A stretch of 64,000 nt of DNA, taken from NCBI GenBank assembly GCA_002633005.1, contig NMRA01000124.1, forward strand, positions 301,032 through 365,031. The letters are read 5' to 3'. Position 1 is the first letter of the stretch. Every line of letters starts with the position of its first letter. Positions 39,036 through 54,000 of the stretch are shown here, piece by piece. The notes under the pieces are model-generated. The model ran no database searches. It had not been told where the DNA came from and saw only the letters and a program-made list of their open reading frames with translations. The translations under genes were made by a program, and so were the position numbers. The DNA is from Phoronis australis (lineage: Eukaryota > Animalia > Phoronida).

Positions 39036-42000
39036 ATGGCGGACCCAGGTAAATATTGGTCTGTAGAATTATCACGAATTTTTGTGACATTAGCAGATGC
39101 TGTTAAGCAATAAATGGTCCACGAAAGTCTGCCGTAAGGGACAGGGTTGGTGATCCTCCTGGGTAATTTGTAAACCGATGGTTATTGTCAGGGCGGCATC
39201 TGGCAATAACTTTACGTGAACATACACACATACACAACACAGACCATTGATTGAGGTTATTAAAATGAACCTTCTGCTTAAGTGAAATTTGTTTTTTCTT
39301 ATAGCTCATTCCAAGCCTTAACCTAGAATTTAATTGCAAAACCTGCGTATCTTGTGTTTAATCTTGACATTATGTGCTAGTTTTTGTTAAAGCACAACGG
39401 ACACTCGGTTTTGGCGGACATTTCCGATGTCCGACCACACGTTTAGTCGTGGTAAATCACCATGGTAAATGCCAGATTTCGCTGTAGGCCAGCGTTATAA
39501 GCCAGCAACCTGTGGTACCACAGTTATAAACAACATTGTTTTGCATAACCAGAGCTCAATTACATTAAAACTGAAACTAAATTATGTGGAGGGCACTCAA
39601 ATAACATTCGTCGACGCGCAGAAACAGAGCTCCGGAATTGCGTCGGGAGCGTCCGCCAATAGCCCGGATGCTTGAAGGTCATCTGCCATGAAGTTTTACG
39701 TCATGGAATAAGGTCGTTGAATTAGTGATTTTGGCATTTTTTGACAGTTTTGTCATCAAATCACCACTCGAAGGAAATTTGAAGAGATCAAATGAAAGAA
39801 GGTATTCAAAGATTTGTTCGATACTAATTTCGTGGAGTTCCGTGCACATTTGAGTAGAAAATTTTGAGCAAACAGATTTTGAGTGTCCAACCTTTTTTTT
39901 AGTGAGTGATGTCAGTCGTGATCGAGGAACAGATAAATTCAAGCGCCTGTGTCACAAACCACTGCTGTTTAGAAGTGCTGGCTTTACTTGCAGTAATTGC
40001 AAGCGACGGTTGTCAAAGAAATTTGATGAAATGCGGAATGTGCTATCTTCACAATAATTCAAAAACACACCTGGATTATACAATGATCATCCTCTGGCTC
40101 TGTTTTTAATGTTTACTGCACAAGAATTAGCTACCCAAAATTAAAAAATGTTGATAAAAAAGACCACCTCCTTCGACGTCTGTTTCCGCTTCCACAAGAT
40201 TAAGATCTCTAAGTTCGCTCTCGTTTCTAAATCAACCAATGCCATTCAAGTACAAACTAGGTCATTAGGTAAACTGTTGACATGTTTTGGCAAATCGCAA
40301 CATCAACTTGCGGTAGTATACTTATACTCAGCGATAAGATGGCGTCGAGAGCAATTAAGACATGTGTATGAAAAATGTTGACACTTTTACATATTCAGTT
40401 GTCTTCTTTTTTGAAATGACTTTCTGTTTTCGTTATCAACTGATACTGTATTTAATTGCTTCATTCAGGCCTTGCAACCACATATATGATTATAATTTGC
40501 AATATTTGGACAAAATGTATGCCACAGTTTAACAACCTTGTGGAGCGTGTCTGTAAATACTTATTTACATAAAGATTACATGTCTAACACTTGTCGATCC
40601 ACAAGTGATTGCCTACCCATAAAAACTTACTCATCCAGGGAATAACATGGAATGAAACTTGCATTTTTTAACTTTGAAGTATAATTAAAACATACCGTGA
40701 CTCTAGAGACAATTAAGTTAACATATTTAGAACTTATCCATGAAAATCTGTTGCAGTTCAATCGAGCTTCCCTTAACGGGTGCCATTTTACAAAAGGTAT
40801 GCGAAATCATGCCTGTTGACTAACAAAAAAACTCCAAGGGACACAAATCTTTCAGATTTCACTGGATATCTTCCCATGCGCCAGCGTCACGCGCCAGCGT
40901 CACGCGCTTCCCACAGTCTCAATTTAGTCACTTGACTACTAGTATGTCTGGCAGAAACTTTAACAAAACAGCTCCGACTACAACCTTCAAAGCTGGTGCA
41001 AAGTTTAACCAACAACAACACTTGATGACTGTGAGATAATTTATTTACGCCTTCCAATATTTAGTCAATCTCAACTTAAACGGCTCTGATGCTGGAGACT
41101 GACTAACTGTCAATAAACTCTTTTTTACTTAGTTCGACTTGTTACTGTAACTCCTATAGTTTATTCACACAGGCTATTACCAGTGCAGTTTACTTACTTA
41201 GCCACATGTTAAAATTGTCTGTTGACAGACAAGTTTTTATATGCACATGACAAGGTCACAACTTTTTGGTCATGTGACCTTAAATTTGCATATTTAGGAC
41301 AAAAACTGGGATACGGTCATGGTAGTTTGTCAATTATTTACGTTGAGTTTATTATTCACAGGTAAAGTTCCATTTCTAGTCATTGTTTAATGTATTCTTT
41401 ATTTTCTCAAACAAAATGTAAATTCTGTTTGGTTGAGCAGCTCCATTACACGATCACTTTCTGTATGCGACTGCCTATGCCATCCGCAGATGATGAATTT
41501 GCCTAGCAAGTCTGTAGTGCCTAGCGATAGCCTTGTGATGGTGTTGCACAATCAAGTCATGTTGATAAGTGTGTGAGCCGTGTTGATAAGTGTGTGTACT
41601 AAGTTGTTCGGACACCCTGACTGAATGTGGGTAAATCATACAACAGAGGCGGATCTATGGGATGGGGGGCGGGGTTCAGGGGTTTTAAACCCTCCTCCCC
41701 GCTGGGACAGGATGAAAAATAAAAGTTAAAATAAACATTGCCAGAAAATGAAATCAGCTACAAAAAACAAACTAATCTTACACAGGAGGGAGGAAACTCC
41801 CCCCCTCGGCGCTATCCGCCTCGTATTTGCTCCTAAACCCTCCCTAACTGAAAACGTAGATCTGCCACAGAATGTACAGCCCTAAATGAGAGACAGCTTG
41901 ACATGTATGTACGCATCATTTTTGCAGGCTCTGGGGAAAGTGTGCTGGATTACAGTAATAAGGATATAAAGAAGATTGAAGTCATCTCCGGAGCATGGCC

Positions 42001-45000
42001 CACCACGTTGATTTACGACAACAATTCAATATCAAAAATAGAAAACTTAGAAGGTTACAGAAAACTGCAACAGGTAACATAATCTACTCAACTGTCTAAT
42101 TTTTCTACTTTATTTCCAGGAAATTGAGAGCATGAACATAATTCACGCTTGCATTTTGCTCAATAAAAAATTCCTGACAATTTTGACATTTTATGTTTGG
42201 ATTTGTCTTCCGGTGATAGAACACACTGTTATGAAAATTTGCCAGTCAGAAAAGTAAAGTCACAAAATTTTATTACTGTCAGATTTAAATCTGTGCGGGT
42301 TCCCGGTTTCAATACCAACGCTTAAATTATTAAGTTATAATAAGAAAACTGTTTAGGGGGTCTTTTAGTGAATCACAAAAGATTTGTTGAACATGAGTGA
42401 AGTGCGTAGAAAATGTCAGCCGGGTACATTGTGATCACTGTAAATGTTCTTAACAATCCTCTTAATTGGACGTTTTCTGTTTACTCAACACCAAAACTTA
42501 GGCAGGTTTACTCAAAAACACACAATGATGACGTTTCAAATGTATCCTCACCATAACAGTTGCATTTCCATCTGTAAACATGTCATCCAGGAAGTACAAA
42601 GAGTTTCAAAAAGCTAATCTGATTTGACGGGGAACTGACAACCCGGCAAAATTTGGGCTTCTGCAAGTCATGTGGGGGGATGCTTCAGTTCTGTTTAATG
42701 TTAGAAATCAAATTGCTATTAAGGCTAGGGAAACTTTAACACAAGTTTGTCATAGCTAATTTTGTGATTTTTCTTTTCATTCGTAAGTGGAAATGATATG
42801 CACTTTTACCGTTCATAACAAAAGCCATCTTTCAGGATCAATGAATGGTTTAACACATCGATTTTGTGACTTTTATTTCCTGACTGATGTTTTTTTCTGA
42901 ATAGCGTGTCCTGTAAGTTTGACAAAAATTGTTCTTTGTCTCAAATTGGCCACAAATTTCCTATGTAGCCCATACTTCAATAAGTATGAAATACGTCGAT
43001 TTTTTCAGTTTCTTGGAGATTAATTACAAGAAACAAATGGTTTGAAAAATTTTTGAACCAGTAAGTTGGGTTTATTGGTTCCTGAATGGTTTAGAATAAT
43101 TTAGTAGAACAAATTTGTCTTATTAATAATTACTCTTATAAGAATTAAGAGTGTAAGTAATTTTGATTGAGTCACAGAGTTTGGAGATATGTTCTGTCTT
43201 AGAAACACGAGATTAAAAGTGTCGTCGATGCCTCTGACATGTAAGAACGTGAACTACTGTGTCATGTAAATATGATACATGAACCTCTGTGTTAGTTGAA
43301 TGTAAATAATTTACATACACTGTGGTTTCTAACCCTGTTTCTATGACATGAATTAGACGGGAACATTCAACTCCCAAATGGATAATCTTTATGCCTGAAT
43401 AAACAAGGTTCTTTAACTGATTTTATTCTTGATTTCAGCTGTCTGTTGCCAACAACCGACTGGTCCACATGACAGGCGTCATGAAACTGCACAACCTGAC
43501 TGTGTTAAATCTGCCAAACAACAGCATCGTCAGTATTGAAGGTATTGGGCTGCAGATAGACATTTAGACTGACGTGCACTGACCTGTTGGTCTGGTGTTA
43601 AAGACAGTTTTATCCCCACATTAGATTCCTGGCTTTTTTGATGTTTAGTCATACACAGCTAGTTGGGTAGCAACCTGAATGTATGCAGTTTTCAGGCAGA
43701 ACTGTTGTTTCATGACTGCTATCTAGTGAATTCGAGGCTCTCCACATTGCATTCTATAGATTGAATGTGACAACATGTTTCAACACATCAGCAGAAAAGT
43801 TTTTTCAAATCAAGTTCACTGCAGACTAGCGCTGAAGGTACGAAATTGCTTGAAATGTTATGAAAGTTAATTGTGAGCAAATATTGTACGAGTCAAAAGT
43901 AATCGAACAAAATATCATTTTTCTGTCATGACGGCTAATTTTGTCAACAACAAAAATTACTGGTAGTAACTATTACGGTGCCAAAATGCTAATTACAGAA
44001 TGACTTAACCACCTTGCTTGTTATGTCCCCTTCATTCTCAGTCACGAGGGAAGACTCCTTTGACATTGAATTGACCTGTGGCCAGGACTTTGAGTGACGA
44101 CTTAAGTGACCAATCAGAACGCAGCATTCTTGACACCTTCGTTTCTAAGCCGCCATTTTACCTGACAAACAACACGTTGCTGGGTAAAATTTATTGTTTG
44201 TTTATCGACATTTTGCAAGGAGGCGGAGCTTGCGATAAATTAATTGGGATATCGCTCAGTTGCCATGACGGGGCATTTTGGGTCATTTTGTCTGAATGCT
44301 TTTGGCTTGTACTGTCACATCTTATTTTTAGGTTTGCGTGAACTCACCAGACTCACCTGGTTAAATTTGTCAGGGAACAGCATAAAGGTAAGTTAGTGTC
44401 TGTTCATTTGCATTGTTGTACAAAATTCAGTTTTATCATCCCTAGACTATGGAGCTACCAATATCACAGTCACAAAAAATTCAGTCTTTGCTTGATTTGT
44501 TTTTTTTTTTTTGATTTGGCATATAAACTTTTTTGGAGGCACTGATTTTCAAAAGATTATTTGCCATCTTGATGATTTCAAAAAAGTTGTTTGTTGAAGT
44601 CTCTAAAAAGAGTTTGAAGTTTCAACGATGAGGATTGTTCACTGTATGATCAAATTAACACTTAGAGTTTAGAAGGTTTGCCGCCTACAGTACAGGATCA
44701 GACAAAATGCCATTTGCTCATCAGGAAGGCTAAGTGTGTTTACAGCAAAAATGACAGGTAATGGCTATCGTAGACTGAGGCAAAATTTTAATTACAGAAT
44801 GGCGGCGCTACCGTTGTAACTTTAGTTATTATCTCCCCTTTATTCTCGGTCGTGAGGGAAAGCTATTCTGACGGTGAGTTCAGCTTCCGTCCGGACGATT
44901 TATTTCAGGGAGGCAACTAATAAAATTTACAGGAAAGGTACAAATAGGTCATTGATTTTTAACAGCAATGTGCTCTTCACCAGCTGAATGGTCAATATTA

Positions 45001-48000
45001 AGAGTCTACAAAAATAATTAGCAATTTCACATGGGTCCTTATTTTGAAACACCCTGTAAGTTACTGGTGTAGCCCTACTTATATGTCGTAAGCAGGCATT
45101 CTGAATCGCACGGCAATTAGTGCAAAGTTGCCTTTATGTTGACCATTTTCATGTACAGACTGCCCCATTTGTTAGATATACTTGTGTGCTATTGTTTGTC
45201 ATTGCTAGTGACAAACCTTTTTATTAAAAGGTGATGTGACCTATTGACGAATAGGTTTGTTTGGAGCCACGACAAATAATAGCGTATGACCAGCGTAGAG
45301 GGCGCCACATGCAAATGAATGTTTTATTTTGCAGTCTGTTGACGGTCTACAGACCAACGTTTTGTTGAAGCACCTTGATATCTCCGACAACAGCATAGCA
45401 GAAATTGGCAGCATGCTTTTACTGAAGAGCCTCAAGGTACTGGAACCTAGTGCGGTCTGTTTACGTTTAGAAGCTGTGTGTAAAGAACACATCAAAAATA
45501 CTCTTTTTCGTCGTTGTCGTGTTCTTTATTTTGTCAAGTATCTTGTGAGATCTTGCCATGCTATGTTAGTGTAATCAAATGGCTCGCATGTGTCTTGTCT
45601 GTAAGCTGGCAACTTTAGTAGGAAACCCCCAGTCAGAACTCAGAAGTCATTTTGAAAATGAACTTTGAAACAAAGCCCTTATTATTTGGAATTGTTTTAT
45701 AAATTTTAATGAATAGCGCAAAGCTTTTTCTTTTGTTTTTAAGTCGACATTTGTTATTTAGCTTTACCCATTAATGAGGTTCATCAGAGAGTTTCTTCAG
45801 GTGTTGCCCTAATCCAGTCTAGTTTCCTAACATTCTCCAATGTATTACTGAGTTTTAATTTCAAGATGTGTCAGTATTAGTTTGTGTTACAAAATAATTA
45901 TTTGTTGATGTTTTTGCAGGTGTTGTTGCTACACGGAAATATTATCACATCACTGGAAAAAGTGCCAAAAAATCTTCCCCGCATGCTCACAATTTTGTCC
46001 TTGGCAGATAATGAAATCAATGATCTCAATCAGGTTAGTGTTTCATTCTCATAGTCCACTACTTACAGTGAGAGTTAATACATTCTACGATGATTTTTTA
46101 ACAAACGTTTCCATCTGCTATGTTCTCTGTGCTGTTGAAGTTCTTCAATAGTATGGAACGAGTTCTAGTTTGGTAACTTCATTAAAAATAGAATTATCTT
46201 CCTCAATCAGCACCTCTGCTATCATTTTTCAATAAATTGCATTGTATGGCAGTTGTTGGTGGAGTCACAAATAACTTGGTGACCTGTAATTGGTTTATAA
46301 TTTCGTGGTGAATTTTAACGTGATGATGGCATGTGCCCTGAGAATTTCTCGTGCAAAAAATTTTTTAATCTGTTTTTACCTGACACCTTTTCACTTCTGT
46401 CAAGATGGCTGTTAAGCCGTTCACACACCAAAAGTATATTGCAGTGGATCTGGGCTTTTAATTCTGGTGTGCTCGAGTCACTAACATTGCTTTCTGTCAT
46501 GTTGTTTAGACTTTTTTAAGTTATCTGTGATGTCACTGGATAAAACAAGCTAACAACTACAATGCCATGAATTGAGGGGGATTTGTAGTATATGTAGTCC
46601 TCTAACTGTTATTTGACACAATGTAGTATTAAGTATTGTTCACCAGTTGTAAATGCTCACCCACATTCCTCTATACATAATCTAAATGGCTGTGGCGGTG
46701 CAACGTATTCTTGAGTTTAAGCGTTATTTTTTTACCAATGACTATGTTGTTAATTACCTTCCGGTTTAACCTGTACCATTCTGTGAAATCAATATATTTT
46801 TCCCAGGTCTCCTGTCTGTCATGCTTAGTGGAGTTGGAACAGTTTTCCATAATGAACAACCCTTGTGTCATGATGACTGGAGCCACACCGTATCCTTTCA
46901 TAACTTTCTTAGGCGGCGTAGAATGACCAAGGCCTCAAACTAGGGAGGGCAGTGTAGCGTGTGGAGCCGGGTCTTTAATACTGTGTTTGTAAGCATGCTG
47001 TGAGCATTGCACTACGAGTGTGGGATACAGAGTAAATGTTATGATAGCCTTCATCGAAACTGTGTAGTACTAAGTTCTGATGAGTTCACCCTTTAGAAAC
47101 TGCTTGGTTGCTGGCAAGTATTGCTGATCAGTCATTTGTACCCACGTGGTAATGCTTGTCCATGTACTCCTATGACTATGACACTCATAAAAAAACAAAC
47201 AACTCATTGTTTATTACCTGTCTCATGAACCCAGCACGCATCTTGTCATGATGTTCTAGTGACGGAATGTTTCTTGGTAGAACAGGTCATCACTGTGGCA
47301 CCAACTAATTGGTCCATTTCTTTTACTTAAAGCGAGTTTTCATGAGAAGTGGTTGTTTGTTCCCAACATTTTTTTCAACAATATTAATTTACAATGCATG
47401 AAGTGTGATTATTTATAAGTTATAAGTAATTAAGAAATCAAGTACCCATTATGAACTCTGCTGTGTCTCAAATGCAACAGAAGTATGACCAGATCTCGCC
47501 TAGTTACCCATTTTTTTGGTCATGTAGGTGAGTGGACACACCTAGTGCTATAGACTAATGCTTGTCTCTAATGTGTCTTTAAAGTCCAAAATGATGTTTT
47601 CATTTGACACCTTAACCGATGAAGTGGATTCGACTATCGCCCATACATCATAAACTGGTGCTTGACCTTGAGAGTCCTAGATGGATATTTGGTATCTCAA
47701 AAGGAGTGGTAAGTAAATTAGGTGGTGTCGATGACTCGCTTGTTTACATGTTGTAATAGGATTGTGAGTGGATGACTCTGTCTGCTGTGCCTTATTCTAC
47801 TGATAACGATGTGTTCCTCATAAAGATTTTCAAAAAATGACATTGTGAGTTCAACACGTATTTTGTTTACCTGTTAAAGTGCATCAACATTTGTTCAAAT
47901 CCAAGTTCAAAAAACCAGAACCTGACCGTGCACCTTTGTCGTAATGAATTATGTCCCCTTCGTACTTGCAGTTTGAAGGCAGAATGGCTGTACAGCCAGG

Positions 48001-51000
48001 GCAAAGGACGGCACTTCAAGCTTGGTCAGCATGTCCAACTGGTGCAATACTTGGCGCACGTCTGTCCCATGTCGACAGCCTCGGTGAGCATTCATAGCTT
48101 AAAGCCACGTGTCTGTCCCATGTCAAGAATTTGAGCGAGCATTCATGGGTTAAAGCCATGTGTGGTGTCGTCTTTAAAAACCTCTTGAGTGTCACATTCG
48201 AAATGCATTTTCTAACTTTTTAATACTGCGGGTTAGTGTTACTATCTAGTTTCACTGGTGCGAGAAAGGACTTAATGGAGATGAGTGATTGTCTTTGTGA
48301 CTTCATTTGTTGTCACAGATTTCATTTATTCTTGACTAGATTGAAGCTGATAATTTTGCTAAGGCTTAATTATTGTTATACAAGGCTAACCTTCAAGATG
48401 CCTTGCTATAATATGTTTATTTGCCCAGTGTCTACATTATGTATGTGTTGAAGTGTACTTGATTGTCTGTTCTTGTAGCTTGTGTGGGAAAGCTGCATAT
48501 CACAGATTGGCCACGGACAGGCATGAGTCAAGTGCACCACCTGTTGTTGATTTTGTGTTTCTCATGAATTGGATTGTGTGGCGTCCAGTTTACTTTCATT
48601 GGTAGTCAAGCAAAAGTAGTTTTACTAGTGAATGAGATTCTTAAAGGATTCGGTTGTCTGTTGTTTTCTTCTTTCAAAGTGTGACCTCTGTTGGAACAAT
48701 ATTTTTAGGCGAACAGAAATAGATAAGCATGACGAAGACTAAAGCTGTCTTATCCATTTTGCTTCGATGCAAAAGACAGTGATGGCTCACATTTTGTTGA
48801 ATGCGGTTTGCAGTGAAAAACTGAGTGATTCGTTGGCAATGTAAACATGCCTTGAAATGTTATTTTTGCATTTTTGTAGCATGAGGATGCCGAAGATGAC
48901 AAACTGAAAAAGATTCTCAGCAAACAACGTCTACATCAGAAGCAGCTTATGTCGCAGACCTTAAACGAGTCTTCTGCTGCGCAGAGTTCCAAAAACTCAC
49001 CGAGATCTCCAGCAGCGTCTGCCAGTGCAAAGTCTACCTCGCCCGAATCTGAAGGACGCAGCGTTGCTTCCCGGCCAGGTACCTTAGTGACGGTTAATTT
49101 ATACACGATCACTGATCCTTTGTCCTCTGATTGGCTTAATCACGGTACGATAACTTCCAATAAATAATAATTTCGACAAACTTTGCTGTGGAATATCACT
49201 TTAGGTTCATGTTGCCCAGGCGTCAGATTCTGCCATTTATGATTTGACCAATCAGATGCTGTTAGTAGAAAACACAAAACCTGACTCCAAATTGAGCAGA
49301 TGATACCAGACCGTGAAAGCAGGAAAGAACATGCTAATCCATTGAGGCAAAAATCAAAGTGAAGAAGCTTCTGTGCTTATATAATAAAAAATACACACCA
49401 GTAGTTTGGCCATGTTGAGTCATATGAACCTGATGTTACCATTGGGATCGGTTCATATTCATTGTAAAATAGTTCATAGAATTCGAACTTAATAATTCAC
49501 TTGGCAGTTCTATTGAGGAAAAGAACTTCTGTTTTAAATCAGTATAGCGCTGTGATTTGGGCTGCAGATTCTCTCTTGTGAAGCCTGAGTTTGTATCCTG
49601 TGTTGGTTAGCGAACTACAAGAATTGTATTAATGGTCTGTTGTCTACTGGTGTTTGGGCATAACTAATGAGTGCTTGAAAGAGAGTAAATGTGGTGTGAA
49701 TATGCTGAAGGCCCTCACGGAAAGCAAGTGAATGTGACGTGAATAGGTGGAGGGCCCTCATAGAATGGGAGTTAAAGTAGTGTGAATGGATGCCCTCATA
49801 GAAAGGGAGAGAATGTGGTGTGAATGGATGCAATGCCCCCTAGAAAGTAGTGGTGAGTTCACCCTACTTCAAAAGATTAATGGTGAAAATATATCTCTCT
49901 GAGAGACCCTCAAGTCGTGTTTCTATTCTTAAGAAATGTGTGAAACCACTCATTTGTAAAGCAGAGTTCATAACTTGACTCGGACGGCATAATGTTCAGT
50001 CGTGTCAATATTTCCAAGTAATTTTGTGATTAACAATCATGTTATTTCAGCTTTCAGATGTACTTCTTCTTTCTTTGTAGTTGAATGTTTTCAAATATGA
50101 TAATTGCAAATACTTCAGAAACTGACAAGAAGGAGATCTCACCTCCCCGATATACCATGTATCCGTGTGAAGTGCCGACGCAACTTTACCAACGTAAGCC
50201 AGTTCTTCCTCATAGTTTTTAAAGAGTGTAGTGGAACTGTAACATGCTCTGCTGTTCATCCTGTTCCTGATTTCTTTGTCATAATTTTGTTATTACACGG
50301 GCAGCATCATGCCACTTTTGAACTTGCCATTATTGTCGGTACTAGTTATTCTTCCATCCGTTCTTTCATCTGTCTAATCTATCTACTCGAGGAGTGTTCT
50401 TCAAGCTAATCACAATCGTGATATCTAGGCAGCTTTGCTTGTGTGTTACTGTGTAGATTTGGTTAGTTTGAATGGTGTTAATTTGTTAGCTAAAAAAAAA
50501 TAGGCAGGTGGCTTGGTGCCTTTTGCGGCGCACCAGGCATGCTTAGGGAATTACAAACTGGCTATTGAACCTGCACGATCTGGCTATATTTTCTATCTGA
50601 ACATTATAATCGCACACCGCCCCATCTATTCTGTTTGGGACCCAGCAAAGAAGAATTACTGGTTTGTCCTGTTTGTTGGCTCAAATCCTGTACCTCTCAA
50701 CATCTTTATCGTAATATGCTCACCATACTGAGAGTCTGTTCAGATGGTGTATGTGCCAGTTATATGCTATTGTTTTTTATCACATCTCGGTTTGGGCTGG
50801 AGTGTGTTCTGTCGGGCTATTTTATGTGAGCTTGGCAATATCCCTCATGTGACCTAAGTAGATCAATTTATTAAGTAAATCCATTTATATATTTTTTAAA
50901 TTGTGTACACTTAAAAACTTGAGTCAATGTAGTAACCTTTCTACAAAGTTTTAGCCAACATACGAATCAGTTGGCACGGGAAGTTTGTTGTTCTATCCTA

Positions 51001-54000
51001 GAGCATTACAGATTTATACAATGTTTTGTGGATTGTAGGTCAGCCTGGACCTTTACATACTAATTAAAAATGCCTGGTTATCTTGGAATGATATTTCTCA
51101 ACATTCATTGCAGTTGCTTTCATAGCCTCTGCAGTTTATTTTGGATGCAACAATAGAAAAATGATATAAGCAGCCTGGCAAAAGACCTGGATCTTTGTGT
51201 CCGCATTTACTTTCATCGAGCCAGAAAAGTAGAGATTTTTAGAATTAACGTAATGTGTTAAAAGTGATTTTCGTGGTGTATAGGAATGAAACACGTTTTT
51301 TTCGTTCACTGGCTTTGTGACATGTTGGCCATTTTTGCGTGAATTTTTAGAATATTTCGTCACCCTGCAGCGATAATGTGGCAGTAAAAACATTGGAAAA
51401 TACCGCTCCATATTTAAAAGAATTTTGGTTGCAATTCACCGACTATCCTAGCACCATCTAGTGACAAGGCGTATTTCATCATGTCGCGGCTATGTCGGAA
51501 AATGGGTATTAACTAATTATAATATTTTTATTGTAGATGATCACAGAATAAAAGGCTCCCCTACTATGGTGTGGAAAAAGACACTTGGTCACACACCTAA
51601 CGGAGCAGTGGGCATTGACGTTCCAAAGGTCAACCAGGGGGACATAACTCTGGAAGATGTTGAACTGTCAGGTGCAGTTGGCTCACTGTTAGAATTGGAA
51701 TAAAATAATTTTAACGTATGTTTAAGGCTAATTAATTGATTGTTATGCGCCCACATATTTATATGCCGTCATCTCTGTCTGTCCGGTGTCCGGCCGGCGT
51801 CCGTCAGGCATCTGTCCGGCGTCCGTCCGGCATCTGTCCTGCATCCGCCGCTCTATCTCCAAAACCTTTTTGACGTATGTTCATGAAATTTTGCTCCTTT
51901 CATGGATGAGACGGTATCAGCGAAATTTCAGACAGATCCGACTACCGGTGTGCCCCCTAGTGGCAATTTTATTTGTTTACACTTACCTCTGTATCTTCAA
52001 AGGTCCTCAAAGTATTTTCATAAAATTTGACTTATAGGCATCTGTTAGTCTTGTCCTCTTGTTTCCATTGGATTCGAGGCAGTTTGCACCACCTGGTGGC
52101 CATTTTTATTGTTTTAGAGCTTGTTTTTATGCGTTCACCCCTCTATCAACCAAACTACTGTAGGGATGATTGTGAAAATTGGTTTGTATGTTTCTACTAT
52201 GAAGAGGACGGCTCGCCCATGATTTTGCGACAACTTCGACTACTGCGGCACCTCCTAATGGCAGTTTTGTTTTGTTTTGTTTTTGCCCATGGCTTTATCT
52301 CCTAAACTATTTGCAGGATCTTTGTTAAATGTAATAAGACGAGGACGACTTTTAGGCGATACATTGAACGCTGTGCCCCTTAGGGGCAATTTTTTTATTT
52401 TGTTTTCTTTTACCTGAAGATCCTTGACAGATTTTTATGAAATTTGGTAAATAGGTTTGTATTAAAGAAGCAATGGCACGTTACCGTTTTCAGGTGGGTT
52501 GGACATTTATGCGCCAACTAGTGGCCATTTTATGATACAAATAACCCTAGAAGCGACCCGTTTGCAGTGGATTCATGGACGCATTTCATCCTTCCACGTT
52601 GTAGTTATGAGTCGCTGTTTGGAATGAACTGGTAGAAACCATTGTTTTTAAAATGATTATTTTGTTTTGAAATATTTTGTTTGAAATATAATCCAGGGCT
52701 CTTCACAATGATGAGTTGCAAAGACAAGTCTTTGCATATTGAAGTGACGTAAATGACACACTCTATCCATATTGGATGCTTGTCAGTTTAATAAATGGAA
52801 GGCAGTTACTACAAGTGACTCATTGGACAAGCCATAAGTAACTACGTCAGAATGAACATTATCAACTGTGGGATAATCTGTGTTTTAGATACTGGTGAAA
52901 TGCTGGTGTCTGAGAGCGTTTACCTCCCTGTGCCTCACGGTTTAGGTGAGACACCACCAAGACCTGTGACAGCACCTCCTGTTGGCAGCCCTATGACAAC
53001 ATTTGCAGCCATCGCCGCCAGCGGCGCTAGACCACAGACTGCACTGGCAGGGCCTGTCCAGAAACCAGCCAACCGGTTTCTGAACCATGAAAGCAAAAAG
53101 ATCCCATCGGCTAACAGCAAACAGACTGCAAATCGACGCCTGGCAGCCAACTTTGGTGTTCCAATCAAATCTGTTTCTCCACCTACCGTAAAAAAGACGT
53201 CATCTCGTCAGAAAGTTCCATCTCCGCTGAAGCGGAAATCTGACAATCCCATAATGCCTGTGGAGGAAGATGAAGAGGACAGTTTTCGAAAATCTCGTGT
53301 AAGCAGTATAAAGTCCCTGGCCGTCAACCGCACCATAAAAAAAGCAGTACGACGTTCTGGTGAGAAGGCACACGATTCATCTTCTCTTAGTCCGCGTGCC
53401 AAAGGGAAGGTTGAAAAGATGGGTCATGTAGAGAGTGTTTCATCTATGCCTCAGAAGCCAGGTAGTTCCAAAGGCAATGCGAATTTACCTAAAAAAGGCC
53501 CCCCTGGACAGTTGCCTTCTCCTTTCAGCGGAAACAAGATGGTTCAGAGATCGCAGGTGAATACTGTTGGACAATCTTCGGGTGCGCATGCAAGTTCTGG
53601 GAAACGTGACCGGTTGTACTCGCCTGAAAAGTATTCCCCACAGACCCAGAGTGGGAGGAATTCAGATGTCTCTTCTACTGGTAGTCGAGAAAAAAACAGA
53701 GGCAGCCGTAGGAAGACGGTGGTTATTGAGAAAAGTGGTAAGCTGTCTTCTGTCATGTTAAGGTACCTTAAAATAACTTGGATCTGCCTTGTCTGTAGAC
53801 AATGAGACAGAAAGACTTTAACATAGAGTGTTTAGGGAAATGTTTGCGTTAGCTTTGGGGCCGGGGTTAGCGTAAGGGCTATGGTTAGTGTTAGAGCTAG
53901 GGATGATTGGAGTAAAGGTTACTTAGTGTTAGGGTTAGTGTCAGGTTTAGGCCAGGCCTAGCATTGGGGCTATGTTTAGTGTTATGGCTAGAGACGTTCA

